Source: Gnetum montanum (Eukaryota > Plantae > Gnetophyta). From it: a stretch of DNA of 64,000 nucleotides. The stretch covers positions 62,243 through 126,242 of the forward strand of contig MNCI01002197.1 of assembly GCA_015680685.1 (NCBI GenBank), given 5' to 3'. Made by a program: the position numbers and the translations under genes. The notes below the pieces were generated by a model. It made no database searches, had not been told where the DNA came from, and saw only the letters and a program-made list of their open reading frames with translations. Shown here in pieces: positions 38,495-52,129 of the stretch (positions are counted from its first letter, which is position 1; every line of letters begins with the position of its first letter).

Positions 38495-41400
38495 ATGAAT
38501 CCCAAGTAGCCTTTGACCTTTGCTTCAAGTTTGGTGGTTGTCTGGTCCATTCACTAGGAAATCCAAATTGACCACCTTGTTAGTCTTATCCTTGCAAAGT
38601 GGAGGTAATCTTTTAGGATGTGCAACCTACTGCTCGAGTACACAATACTCAATGACAAGTAGTATAACTTTGTTTGTGCAAAACTCTAGGTGGGTTTGTA
38701 CGTAGATCACCAAGAAATGGATGTCAAACGTAGTTTTGAGCTTATACATCAAAATAGGAAGGAATACTTCCCCTCCACTGTGGATTTCATTCCACTCACA
38801 GAGCCTTACCAGTGGATGCTGGATAATCTCATTTGAAACATTGACTGTAATGCAAGAATGAGCTACAATGAGCCCCTACAGGAGGAGCAAGATGAGTTGG
38901 AAGCTCGATCTGAGCATGATGACTCTTTTCACACCTTGTTTCAATAGACAACCTCTACTTTCATGCCTCCACAGTCCTACCATCTATCGTTTTGGAGACA
39001 ATCATCAGCCTGGTGTCACTACCCAGGTCCACCCCTATGGTGATGACTGACAAAACATAGTAGATGCACCAAGATGTTACACATCCTTTTATCATGCCCT
39101 TTGTCATACCTTATTAGCCTATCTCGTCATCTATGCCAGCAACTATTGCACCTACACAGCCTTATGTGCACATTCTCTTGCACGACTCAAGCATCGTATG
39201 TCTCACTTATCATGTCAACACCCCCCACAATGGCCCAACCCAGAAGCATGTGGTGGGGCCTAGCCATTTTGCCTATGCACAACCCACCCAACACGCATCG
39301 CGTGTGGTCACACAACCTATAGCCAAGTCATGGGCCACCCAAATAGCACAGTAGGCAGCACAACCAATGCAACCCACTACAACCTCACCAAGCTTGGATC
39401 AAGCATTTCAATTGATCCAAAGCCTCAACAAAGAGGTTAAGCAGCTCAAGGCTGTCTTCTCTAAAAGTATTCATGTGATGGACCTCTATCAGGGTGATCC
39501 AATCATTCCTATAGTTCCACCGCTGGCATTGTCCATTGAGGTCCCAAAACCCTAATTCACTAAATACAATGGTGAAGGGGACCCTAATGCTCATCTAGTG
39601 ACTTTCTGGTCTAAATGCCTTCTACAATAGGCATGGTTGCATGCAATCATTCATGTGTTCACCATGTCCTTGACTAGCAAGACATTAGATTGGTACCATG
39701 CACTTTCCAAGGCCTCCATTTCTTCTTTGGAGGAGTTGCTCACCCAATTTGTCACACGCTTCAAGTATAACTTAAAGCCTAAGGTGACCCTAGATCAGTT
39801 GATGCAAGTGAAGTAGGACCACTTAGAGCCCATGAAAAAATTTATTTAGTAATGGAGTGCATCGCTCAATGAAATCCATGAGCCCATTGTAGAAACACAC
39901 TTTTTGGCTATTTTCAAAGGTGCAATGAACAACTTCATTAAGTCAAAGTTGTATTACCTTGCCCCGCAATCCCTGAGCCAAGCATTCACTCAAACCAAGA
40001 GCATTTAAGATGCAATGAAGAAGGAGTCAACCTATGTGGCCTATAAAAACTTGCATGCAAAGAAAGAAAAGGACAAAGCCAACGGTAAATAGGAAACCAC
40101 AACTATCACAAAAGTGGCCAATGAGGCTAAGCCAAACAACACCAAACCAACGGCTAAGCCACCCAAGGCCACGGCCAACAACAACAAGGTGACTAGCTCT
40201 AGCACTATGGCAAACAACCAACTTGTATCATTGGTGACCATGACACTAGCTACCCCAAGGCCAAACTTTGAGCACAAGGATCGCTCAAAGTACACACAAT
40301 TACCCATCAAGCTATAAGAGCTCTTAGACCAACTACTTCACACTAAAAGCATCCAGTATAAGTAGATGTTCGAGGATGCTAGTAAGTGACATGACCAATA
40401 CTACGAGCTCCTCAAAAATCCCTTAGCTGCACTACCAAATAAGCCTCTAGTTTCTAAGCATTTTAGGTTGAACTATTTTTTCCAATATTACCAATTGCCT
40501 AGTCACAACACAGATTTTTGCATGGCCTTATGAGATGACATACAACACATGATTGATCGAGGTGAGTTGGTCCTTGATGCAACTAACCTAGTTCACCCAC
40601 AAAATCAATCAATGAGGGTTTACAAGGGTCCTTTTAATGCAAGTGGTGTAGGGTACACCATCAACACTATCAACATTGATGACTTAGAACTAGCAGAGGA
40701 GCCATTCATGGTTCATGTGCCCTCTAGCAACGTTGGGGCCCCCTCGACATCAATTAGTTCAAGGATCCCTTTTGTTGTTAAAAAACCACCTTGGGAACCC
40801 ATAACATCCTTTGTGGTCAAGGTCCCTGTAGCATGCTATACCAGAAACCACCCAATCACCCTTTTTCAGAAGGATGTCACAACGTGTGGACTCCCCACCT
40901 ACTTGGAGTTCAATGGTGGAAAATGTATCAATCCCTACTTGCCCAAGGCCCCATCCTATAAGTGACACCAACAAGCAATCTAGATGGTAACCTGAGAGGC
41001 CTAATGAGTGCCTCTCCAATCAAATGCTTAGGCAGCATCGAGAGCCAAGAGCACTAGGCCAACCAAGGCTCACCCCTTGTCCTTTGTCCCCATGACCCAA
41101 TCAACTAAGAAGGCCATCACAAGCAACTAATAATAGAGCATTGAGGCTCCAAAATAAGCAAGGAAAGTAAAGTCCAAATCTCCTCCATGAGAGATCCATC
41201 TCTTAGGCCACATGAAGGAGATGAAGGCCAACAACAAGGTAGTAGACAGTGGCAAGGACTTCCTTGATGCATTGGCCCAAGTCAAACAAGTTCTAAGATA
41301 AAAGAAGACTACATTGAGCCTGTACGACTTAATAATGATCTTCTCTACCCACCATGAAGTGTTAGTTCACATGTTGACCTCCATTCTTTTGATGGAGGAC

Positions 41401-42211
41401 ATCCCAACAAATGAAAAATCCATCCATGTTGTGATGCTACCTCCTACACTGTAGGATTTAAGCTCAATGCCCTTGGCATTCTATGATGAAGTGATCAAGG
41501 TTGTCCCTCAGAAGGGTCAAGTCATTACTGCACCAATGTTCATCACAATCTGCATTGGGTAGTGTAGAATCTGCAAGGTGCACATTAATGACAAGGCAAC
41601 AACCAATGTCATCCCATACACAATTGTTAATAAGCTGGGTCTTGTTGATCAAATCAAACCAACAAGGACAATGTGCCTAAAATCTTTCAATAGGTCATGT
41701 GTTGTCATAAGGGGAACTGTGACAATAGCCTTCGTGGCATAGGAACAATTCCCCAAAATAGTTGAATTCGTTATCATTAATAAGATGTCAAGTTTTAACC
41801 TAATCTTGGATAGACCTTGGCTAGCATGGTTGTGAGCCATCTCCTCTCCTATTCACCAAGAAATCCACCTTCCATATGAAGGTGGACAAATTATCATCTA
41901 TGATGACAATGTAGCCCCTCTAACCATTAGCAAAATTTACATAGAACAAGGGTCAGAGGTGGAGTTCCCCAATGACGTGCCTCCCACAAAGGATGAAAGT
42001 GAAACATGTGAGGTAGACCAACCTGAGTAGCCAAAGGGAGCTAACGACCTCTTGGAAGATGCTTTGTGGGTAGAATTGCCCTTTGACATAGCTGACAAAG
42101 GTTAAGGCAAGTACCACATAGTACCATCCAAGCCCTACGTGCCACCTAACCCACACCAGGTTAGGAAGCAACTTCATGACTAAGGCGTCCCCTTGGTCCA
42201 GCACGCACTAG
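38495..42211 (+). pseudogene. Tat-3 gag + protease
   Basis: KYNGEGDPNAHL, FTMSLTSKTLDWY, FVTRFKYN, knuckle remnant about 40480-40525, protease KVHINDKATTNV...FNLILDRPWL. Confidence 0.88.
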
Positions 42212-42922
42212 GTGCCTACCTACCCTAAACCTCTACATACTTCGCTTGCTTGCATCCTGTTTGCACATTCATGTCTGATTGTTTGCTTTTTTTTTTTGCA
42301 TTATTTGCTTAGTTACATGTTTACTTCTTTTATTTGTCCATTTTTTCTTAGTTTACATTTTCACTTGTTAAGTTTACTTTTTAGTAGTTATTAGCTTACA
42401 CATGAAAAACATCAAAATACATAAAATCATATAATTCAATAATTACATAAAACAACAACCCACCATAGTCTAAAACTAGCAATCTCCCTTCTATCGCATG
42501 GCTCGAAAAGGCCTCAAACTAGTGCATAGCCTACCATGACCCTAAATTGGCATCACATAGCCCATCATGGCCTAAAACTAGCAATTTTTCCCTTCTATTG
42601 CATGGTCCAAAATGGCCTTAAACTACCACTAGGGTCCAAAATTGCCTAAAACTATCAAAATGGTATTTACATACATGAATTGAAATGGCCTAAAATTAGC
42701 AATCACTATGGCCTAGTCACATCAAGTTCATCACATTATTAGCATCAAAACACATAACAAATAAATGCAAAAGTCTTACACATTATACACTTCATGTAGA
42801 AAAAAATTCATTTCATCTCATATAAATAATAGTACATAGCATGGTCATCCATGCCATGTGGCAAAAATACAAAAAAAATGTAAGAAAAAAACACCCAATA
42901 ATAAGGCTACATCAGGATATGC

Positions 42923-45900
42923 TCAACCAATGGTACTAGGTGGAGGTGGAGCTCTTTCTTCATTCACCACACCGTTGGGGCCTGCAACATCGCTTGGTGC
43001 CTATTAACAACACAATAGTAACAAAAGACAAACCTATAAGCAAGTGTACAATATACAAAATCACATAAAAAATTATCCTAAGAGGGTCCCACATTGGTCA
43101 TTTCTTAGGGAAAGCTATCAAGGCCCTCCTCCAAGTGTCAAAGGATCTCGGCCTCAGATAGCCATGTCCAATCCTCCTAGCCAAAGTCAACACCTGCAAG
43201 GGTCTCCATAGCAGTCCATGCAGTTGGCTTCATAGAAAACGTTGTAAATGAAGCCTCCCTTGAGGATGTGACAATATACCTCTCTAGGGAACCACTCACC
43301 ATGATATGATGAGCAAACAACTCATAGGCCCATCTCTCACCAATTTCCTCAAGGAACATTTCAAGGTAATGGCATTCGACAAATTCTTCCTTGAGGTACT
43401 GAAGATATGCATCTCACTCGTGCTTATAGTGGTGTTTGTGGTTCTTTTGTGTCTGCCCCCACTTGCATACCTTAGCACTAAAATTTTTCTAGTACTGGTT
43501 CTTTTGGGCAAGCATATCCATCTATAACCACTACTCAATGATCTCCTAGGTGGCCTTATTCTTACCCTGAATGGTTGACCAATACCTATCATAATCAATC
43601 TCTATGGTAAGTTAGGTACTATCTAACCATGACTAAGCCACCAAGAAGTCATATTAGGATTGAAGATCCTTGATCTTCGTGTCTTAGCTCATCACTCTCT
43701 CCTAAATTTTATGCACATGCTTCCATAGGTGCTAATTTGAGCACCTATAGATCCATAATGCTTTCATGCATGATAGTGCACACTTGTTGACTACCTCATA
43801 TATACGATGAGGCACTTGCTCTACTTCAAGAGGGAACCCTAGGACAACATCTACTTTAGCCACCCTACTCGAATCCTAGCAAAGCTTAGAACCTATGAGC
43901 ATACAACAAGTGAATCAACCTTAGTCATAGACTAAGCATTAAAATTAGTAAAACAACAAAAGCAAAACAACAACATGCACACCAAGCTCAAGATCCGCTT
44001 GGTGTAGGTAGTCGACCATGTCCTCTACAATGCCTTCCGCAAAGGTGAACTTGTTTGGCATCTCTACCCACGACTTCATAAGGTAGGTGGACACGAATAG
44101 TGGACCACTAGCGGTATATCTAAGGCTACACAACAACTCACTTAGCATGCAACTAAATAGCCAAGGATGTTATAGCAAAAGACTGATAACAAATGGCAAT
44201 CTAAGGCACCTACCTAGTAAGCCCTCAGGTGTGAGGGCAAGGGGATCTCCTAGCTACATGCCATCAAAGAGGCTAGCAAAATCACCCTCATCAAGATGGA
44301 ACAACCCCTCCAACTCAAACTACTAAAGGGTCTCTATAGCCTCATGTAGCTCCTCCCTGTGTGCTTCCCCCTCCTTAGCTTGAGAAGGGATCATCTTTGC
44401 TACTACTACCGCTACTACTTCAACAGCCCTCTCACCTAATTTACAAATATAACATTTTAGCATTAGCATAGTATAGTAAAAAAAATAAAAATATAAACAT
44501 AAAAAATATGAAATGAATGCATCTATACATATACTAACTTGCAACATTTGTGCTCAAGCTTGGGATCTTGAGGCAGATCTTCTTGATGCTTACCTGTCCA
44601 ACCATAGGGGCAGCCTCCTCTACCAGGCATGGCCTCTTGATCTTTGCCCTAGATAGCCTTACCATTTCTGCAANGTTCGTAGATACCTTGTAAAGAATGC
44701 AAAGTGTACATGAGACCTCACCTAGAGGTTGTAGCATAGCCTGGTGATCTCTGCATGTAGGACGATGGTGATGTAGGAGGCTTAGTTGAACCTTGTGCCC
44801 TCCTACAACATCTCCTTCATCACTTGCACCTACTCAATTCCAGGGATTTTTCCTTTAAAAAGCAACTTTGGGAAGGCATGGGCACAAAAGAGAGGGTAAA
44901 GCTCCTAGACCTCATGCACATGCACACCTTTAATTGGGATGCCTTTGTGAGATCAAGTGGCCCCCAACCACTCCTTGATCTCTCCTCTATGGTCCATCTC
45001 TCTGTTGGCCTTATCAATGACCAACAGGCCATCAGTGGGGAGGCCAAAGAGGTCAACAAAGAAGACCTCATTGAGGTCCAAGACTACCCTTACACAATGC
45101 ATGCAGGTGACGAAGTGGCGGACATCATTGTTGAAGGAGTCTATGATGGTGACCATTTCAGGCACCCGAATGCTTAGGCTAAGGGCCAAGAAAAGGTCCA
45201 TCAACCCAGCATGCATGAGCTGACTAGTCAACACCTCTGAGGCCTAGTGGCACAACCAATGCTATGTCCCCTCCACATCACCATATTTCATGATGAGGGT
45301 GGCCTTAGTGTAGCCTATGGCAACCACCGTCACCTCTCTTAAAGCAACTACAACTGCAATAAAGGTAAAAATAATGTTAATATCATGCAAAGGAAAATCA
45401 ACAAGCATATGTGAGCAAGTCAAAATGATAAATGTTTACACAAAACAAAAGGCATGCAATATAGAGGTGGTAATATAAGAATATCCTTGAGGTTGAGCTC
45501 ACCACTAGTGCACTCCTCATCTAGCCAATCATGGGTCTTGCACCACTTGAATGCTTGCAGGTACCAAATAGGGTAATCCTTTAGATCAACTCCCAACTAC
45601 TCTAGAATAGCCTCTTGAACATTGAAATTAAGGGAGAACACATCTAGGGTTATATGAGTCAAGGCAAGAGCCTCATCCTCATTATGGAGACCCTGATCAT
45701 CAACTCTGAATCTGGCATTAAGCATGAGTAGTTAATCACTAGCAAACTTAGAATGGGCTAATAACACAAAATACAATGCAAAAAATCATGATAGCACTCA
45801 CCCTCTAGAATAATATACTATTCCAGGTGGATTCTGGAACAAGGTATGGATGCATAGAGCAACAAAGAGAGTGTTGCTCTTGTTGTAGCAAGAGAACTTT

Positions 45901-46253
45901 AGCATCCACCAAATCTTGGATAAGGCATGAATGTTCCTGGGGCCTTAGCCTGAACCATCTACTCCATCATCACTAGTAGTAGGCTCATCAAATATAAATC
46001 TCAATATATCCCAGTTAAACCTAGGCAACAATGTCTCAATGATGACACTCACAGCCTTCGCTGCTAAGTGTGACCATATCATCACACTAAAGTGCTACAA
46101 CAAGAATGCTAGGAAATCAGGTACCCCTGGTCAGAACCATACCACTTGATAGCCCACTCGCATATTTGACATAGGTGTGTTGGGCATAGGCTTTCTCATA
46201 CAGCAGAGAATGCCAACGAGGTCCACAATGATGAGGATTGGCTTCAACAACAT
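42923..46253 (-). pseudogene. 7-exon antisense gene: FCP1/SCP-like (NIF, HAD) phosphatase-like domain + PMD/plant-transposon-protein-like domain + helical C-terminus, about 920 codons, decayed
   Basis: Exons 46253-45802, 45711-45461, 45353-44539, 44435-44214, 44125-43983, 43892-43093, 43000-42923; introns 88-107 bp, five GT-AG and one with GT>AT. Exon 1: LIIVDLVGIL...VWF*PGVPDFLAFLL*HFSVMIWS...LSKIW...YNKSNTLFV...QNPP. Exon 3: LFGLPTDG, GTRFN*ASYI. Confidence 0.75.
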
Positions 46254-48645
46254 TTTGTAATCACAAAAGCAATAAACAAAGCATTAGTATATACTAGATG
46301 CAAAATTTGATAAAAATATTAACTAAAATTAGCAAACATTAACATGAAATAACATAGGTTAGCAAAAATATCTTAGGACCCCATGGGTATAGGATGTCAA
46401 CACATACATTTGACGCACCTAATACTCACTAGGCTACAGCACGTTTCACATAGAATTAGCATTTTTTTTTTTGCATATTTGTACATTTTGCATTACAAGT
46501 TGCATGTTTTGAAAATTTAGCATTAGCATTTTACATTCCACAAGTTTAGCATTTTGCATAGAATTTTCAAGAAATTCTTCTAACTTCAAGTAGCGTAGCC
46601 TAGAAGACTACAAATTTTTCTAACTCTCGGTTACCTCCTTGGGGAGCATAGTCTAGAAAACATGCAAATTTTCTCTAACTTTGGCTCACACTGACTATTC
46701 TCAAGAGACTATAGAGCATATTCTTGAATTGCGAGAAAATTCTTAACTATCAGCTACACTCCCCATGGAGTGTAGCCCCAAAATTTTCAAAAAAAAAAAC
46801 TAATTGTTGAGTAGGGGTAATTTCAATTAACACTTGGCATAAACTGCACCTCTAAGAAAAGAGCGTAGTCCTAGCTATGGCTAGTAAATTGAGGTTTGGC
46901 TACCATCCCAACCCTCTCATCTCCACTGCTCAACACCCTACTACAATGTTGTGCACTGCTCTCTTCCACCTCCCCCCCCACAATGTCCTACGCATCCTAC
47001 ATACTCCATCACTGTGGGGAGAAACATGCATTGGACACCCATTGTGGTTGCAGTTCCTATAGCCATGTCACCCAAACCAATGATGTAGCCCTATAGCTTG
47101 CTTCAGCCCTAACTGCTACTCGACTTGCAATTTTTGTTAAAAAAAAAAAGGATGCTGAAAATGTGTCCTTCGGTGTCACATCTCCCCTCAGCCCTAGTCA
47201 TGTTAGGGCATAATATGCAACACCCCCGTGTCCCAAATCTGCATAACCCTCGTTCGTGCATTTGTAGGGCAAAAAATATTTCAAAAATTACAAAAGAAAT
47301 GGCAAAAATCCTCTACTACATCCCAACCCCATGGGTGGAAACTCTTGGCTACCACTGCCAAGCCCCATGCACTAAATAAAAAAAATTTTAAACATAGAAA
47401 AATCTTTCGTAGGAAACCACCACATAAAGTAGACCCTATAAACTCATGGCCTCATGACCTAATGATAGCCCGTGGCTCTTCTACTAGTAACCACAGTGGC
47501 CTTAACTCTTAAAAAACTCTCCCTAGCACACATGTTTCTTTAAAAATAGGAAAAAAATTTGACAGACCCTATTATGTTATTTTCCCTCTAAGTAGTGGCT
47601 CCTCACCATTGCCAAACCACAAATCCTCACCTATGCACCAAGCAAAAACTTTTATAAATAAAAATGTCACTGGTAAACCCTACATATCCCTAATGGCAAC
47701 TCACAACCTTCCCATCTATGATTACATAGGCTACCACAATAGCCACAACCTCCACTAAACCATGGCCCATCAAGCCCCACATAATCACAAAACCCTCATC
47801 AAGCCAAAACTCTTTCCCCATGTGTGTGCACCTACCACGGTAGCTACAATGGCCGACAGTGGTGGTGGTCCCTACCATTATAGTCCACCAACATCCAAAG
47901 CCCCAAACCCTCAAGTGCAAGAACAAAGTGAAAAAAGGCAAAAAATGGTAGAAAAGGAGGAAAGCATAGTTGAGGTACTTGGTAAACAATGGCATCCTCC
48001 GTTCCTCCACGCATGCTTGTGGTAGGCATCCTAGTGCTCACTCTCCCTCATCAACGTTGGTCAACCCAGTGTGCTGGCATCCACTTCGGTGCGACATTGT
48101 GATAACTACCCTCTTCAAACTACGCTATGTTCTGAAATGTTTATGTTTTTAACTTTGACAATTGGAAATTTACCCAAGGTGAAATGTGCTTTTATACCCC
48201 TTGGGACCACTTAATGCTTTACCAACCTTGGGACTACACCCAATAGTATAGAGTGTAGTTGGGTGGAAGCATAGTCACTAGACTTAGAAATTTTTTTTAT
48301 TTGTCTAGCTATCCCAAACTTGGAAAATTTTACACTTTTCTCGTTTCCTAGTGAATGCCCAGGCCAACTTTGCTTTTCTAGTGCATCAAGCATTGCCCGA
48401 ATGACATATCTAGTGCATATCATGGTTTGCTAAGACCTTAAACTAGCACTCCACGTTCTGCTAAGATCTTAAACTAGTACTTCACAATCTACCGAGGCCT
48501 AAAATTGACCCATGCATACTTGCTTTTTTAACATCACATCTACATACTTAGGTGGAATTTTATTGCATTTCTTTTCTTCATTTTTATGCATAGTGCTCTC
48601 ATTAAGATAGGTGTGACTTAATTTTTTTTTTGGTTACTTTTGTAG

Positions 48646-51600
48646 GATTATCACAGGAATACAACATGACTATGTTTAAGCATCTTCACTCACCTATGGC
48701 CCTCACCGAGTCCCATGGTGATGTCATGTGGTGTATTGACCTACAATGCCTAAACCTTGAGCCCATAGCCTACGATGAATACATAACATCTGTAGAGGCA
48801 CCGCTAGATTGGCCAAACCATCTAGTTAGGGCTCTAGATCTAGAGGTAGGTGATGTCACTAAGGATCCCCTTGTTGAAATTCCTATAGCAACACTTAGTG
48901 GCAAGGCAAAAGGCATTGAAATTTAGTTCCTTGCTAGATCCTCAACATGACCAAGACATCACAAGAGTACTCAACGATAACATCAAGGTGTTCACATGGT
49001 ATTATGAAGACATGGTAGGCCTAGATGCTCTCATAGTGCAACACAACATAATCCTCGATCCCAACATAAAGTTAGTTAAATAGAAAGCTCACAATGTTAG
49101 GCCTGAGGTGGCATTAGTAGTCTACGATGAGATCACTAAGCTCTACAAAGCTGGTTTCATTTGGGCCATTGTTTACATAGACTGGGTCTCCAACATCATT
49201 TTTTACCCAAGAAAAATGGAAGTATATGCATCTACATAGACTTCTAGGACCTGAATAAGGCAACCATCAAAGACAATTTTCCATTCTCAAGAATTGATCA
49301 ATTGGTCGATACCATGGCTAGTCATGCCTTATTGTCCTTCATGGATGGATTCTCAAGTTACAACTAGATTCGGATCAACCTAAAGTACCAACTCAGTACT
49401 ACCTTTATGACCCCTTGGGGTACATTTTGTTACACTATGATGCCCTTTAGACTCAAGAACGTAGGAGTGACTTATCAACAAGCCATGATGTACATTATTA
49501 GTGATTACCTATTAGGTTTGCTTAAAGATTATGTTGATGACATAGTAGTTAAGTCCAAAGTGGCACACAACCACGTAGATGACTTGGAATTTGTACTCAA
49601 ATGTTATTTGAAACATGAACTTAGGTTAAATCCTAATAAATGTGTCTTTGGCATCAAGATGGACCACATGCTAGGTTTCATAGTATCCGAGGTAGGCATA
49701 CACATAGACCTCGATAAGGTTAAGGCCATTATCAACTTAGCACCACTAACTAACCTTAAGGAGCTACAATGGTTACAAGGTAGATTACAATTTATACAAA
49801 GGTTTATGCAACGGTTGACCAATAAGTTGTAGCCAATCCAACACTTGCTCAAAAAAGGAGTTCACTTTGAGTAGATGGCTCAATGCCAAGAGGCATTCAA
49901 CAACCTTAAATAGGAGCTGGCTCAACTTGCAACAATATACCCTTCACAAGAAGATAAATCTTTCTACATCTACCTTGCTACCTCTAACACATCCATAGCT
50001 TCTCTACTTTGTTAGGTCCCAATATACTACCTAAGTCATGCATTGGTTGCCTATGAAGAAAAGTATAAAGATGTGGAAATTAATTACCTTACCTTAGTCT
50101 TTGCACTTAAGAAGTGGAGACATTATCTTTTTTGTAGCCAAGTCGACATCATCTGCAAAAGTAATGTACTTCAAGCCATCACCACAAATATTTATGAGAG
50201 TAGTCACATTGCATGCTAGAAAGCAATAACTATGGATTTTTACCTACATTACATTGCACAAGCATCAATGAAAGGTTAAGCAATAGCCGCACAACTTACA
50301 ACTTTCCCAATTGATGATCAAGCAATGATAAATCTATAATTTCTAGATGAGTTTGTCACTAGCATAAGTCAACTACCTAACAACTTCAAGGCACTCTTAC
50401 ACTTTGATGATGTTCAACCTCTCAAGGGGGTAGCACCACTATCGTAATCACATTCCCCTTCGAGGAGGTCTAACCCTTCGCATACCATTTTGCATTCCCA
50501 TGCACACCAACAACATCACAGAGTATGAAGTTCTCCTCTGAGGTATCTTAGTAGCTCATGACCTAGGAATACAAAACCTAATGATCCCAAGTGACTCACA
50601 ATTAATGGTCAACCAAGTTACAGAGGGTTACACTTGTAAATCTCAACACTTACAACCTTATTGTGACCTAGTGAAGTACTTGATCAAGAAATTTACAACT
50701 GCTAATGTTCAACATATCCCCCACAATGAAAACACCATCGCCAATGCATTAGCAATGTTAGCCGTAAGCATTTTTCCTGATATCTTTCACGCATTGCCCA
50801 ACTTGGTGGCAGACTACACTATGCCTATCATGCAAACTACTAATATTGCACCCATAGCCACAATAAGCACAACCTATGTAGTAGAGTGATACAACGACAT
50901 TAAGGCATACCTTCTACAAGGTGAACCTCCATAGCATTTAACCACTACCCAAAAGGATGCAGTGAAAAAATGATCACAACAGTATGCCATTGCGAATGAT
51001 AGCAAATTATATCACAAATCCTACGATAGCATACTATTGACCTATGTAAACAACAATGAAGCACAGATGATCGTTGAAAAAGTTCATGAGGGACTGTGCA
51101 GAGGCCACTTAGCACCCAAGGAAATGGCAATGAAAATTAGACACTTAGGCTACTATTGACCTTATATGGAGTGTGATTGCATTTCCAGGGTCAAAACATG
51201 CAATACATGTTAATGGCATGGTAACCTAATGCACGCACCACCTACTGAACTACACACAACATAGATCACATGGTCATTAACACCTAAGTCTTCCGTAAGG
51301 AAAAGATTCATTATAATCACAACTGGGTATTTTACCAAGTGGGTTGAAGCTATTCCCCATAGGAAGACAACATCACAACAGGCCTGCAAATTCATACCTA
51401 ATAACATAGTGACCTGTTTTGATTTACCCATGACCATAGTCACATACAACAAACCATAGTTTAGCAGTGCTGAGACCAAAGCCTTTTGTAAGTGCTTCAA
51501 AATCAAACATTCCTTTTCATCATCCTACTATCCACAAGCAAATGGCCATGTAGAGGCCACAAACAAAGTCATTGTCAATCTTCTACAGAAGATGCTTAGT

Positions 51601-52095
51601 AGCACCAAACGATGATGGCATGAGCAATTGGTCTACACACTCTGTGCCTACCACATGACACAAAGAACAACAATAGGTAAGACACCATATAGTTTGGTTT
51701 ATGGGTATGAAGCTATTTTGCCTCTTGAATTGCAAGTCACGTCACTCTATGTAATCCTCTTAAGCTTCATCAATGAGGCTCAAAATGATGAGTTGAGAAA
51801 TCATGGATCTTAACTTGATAGAGGAGGAGGGCATGCAAATGCTTGATCAAATCAACTGGCACCAACAAATGCAATGGAAAAAGAATCACCACAATCAACA
51901 CTAACACCCAATCAAGAAAGGGAACCTAGTCCTCAAGCCCATTCGCAAACCTACAGAAAAATTCTTAGCCAACTAGGAAGGGCCTTTTTGGTTGTCCAAT
52001 CCTATGACAATGGAGCATTCAAGCTTGCTTACCATGATGGCAATGAATTTTCCAATCCGGTGAACCACTCATACTTGAAGCCTTACCACACCTAG
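48646..52095 (+). pseudogene. Tat-3 pol: RT-RH-aRH-INT
   Basis: LLSFMDGFSSYN, TPWGTFCYTMMPFRLKNVGVTYQQAM, YVDDIVVKS; aRH DSQLMVNQV...HIPHNENTIANALA; INT YYPQANGHVEA, TPYSLVYG, VNHSYLKPYHT. Confidence 0.93.
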
Positions 52096-52129
52096 AAAGT
52101 AGTGCCACATCATGGCAAAGCAAAGTAAG

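Noticed and set aside
46170-46250. Alternative frame of exon 1 (GPRWHSLLYE) resembling a PMD N-terminus
   Set aside because: That frame accumulates many stops and is out of phase with exon 2; the ATG frame gives the full NIF motif series
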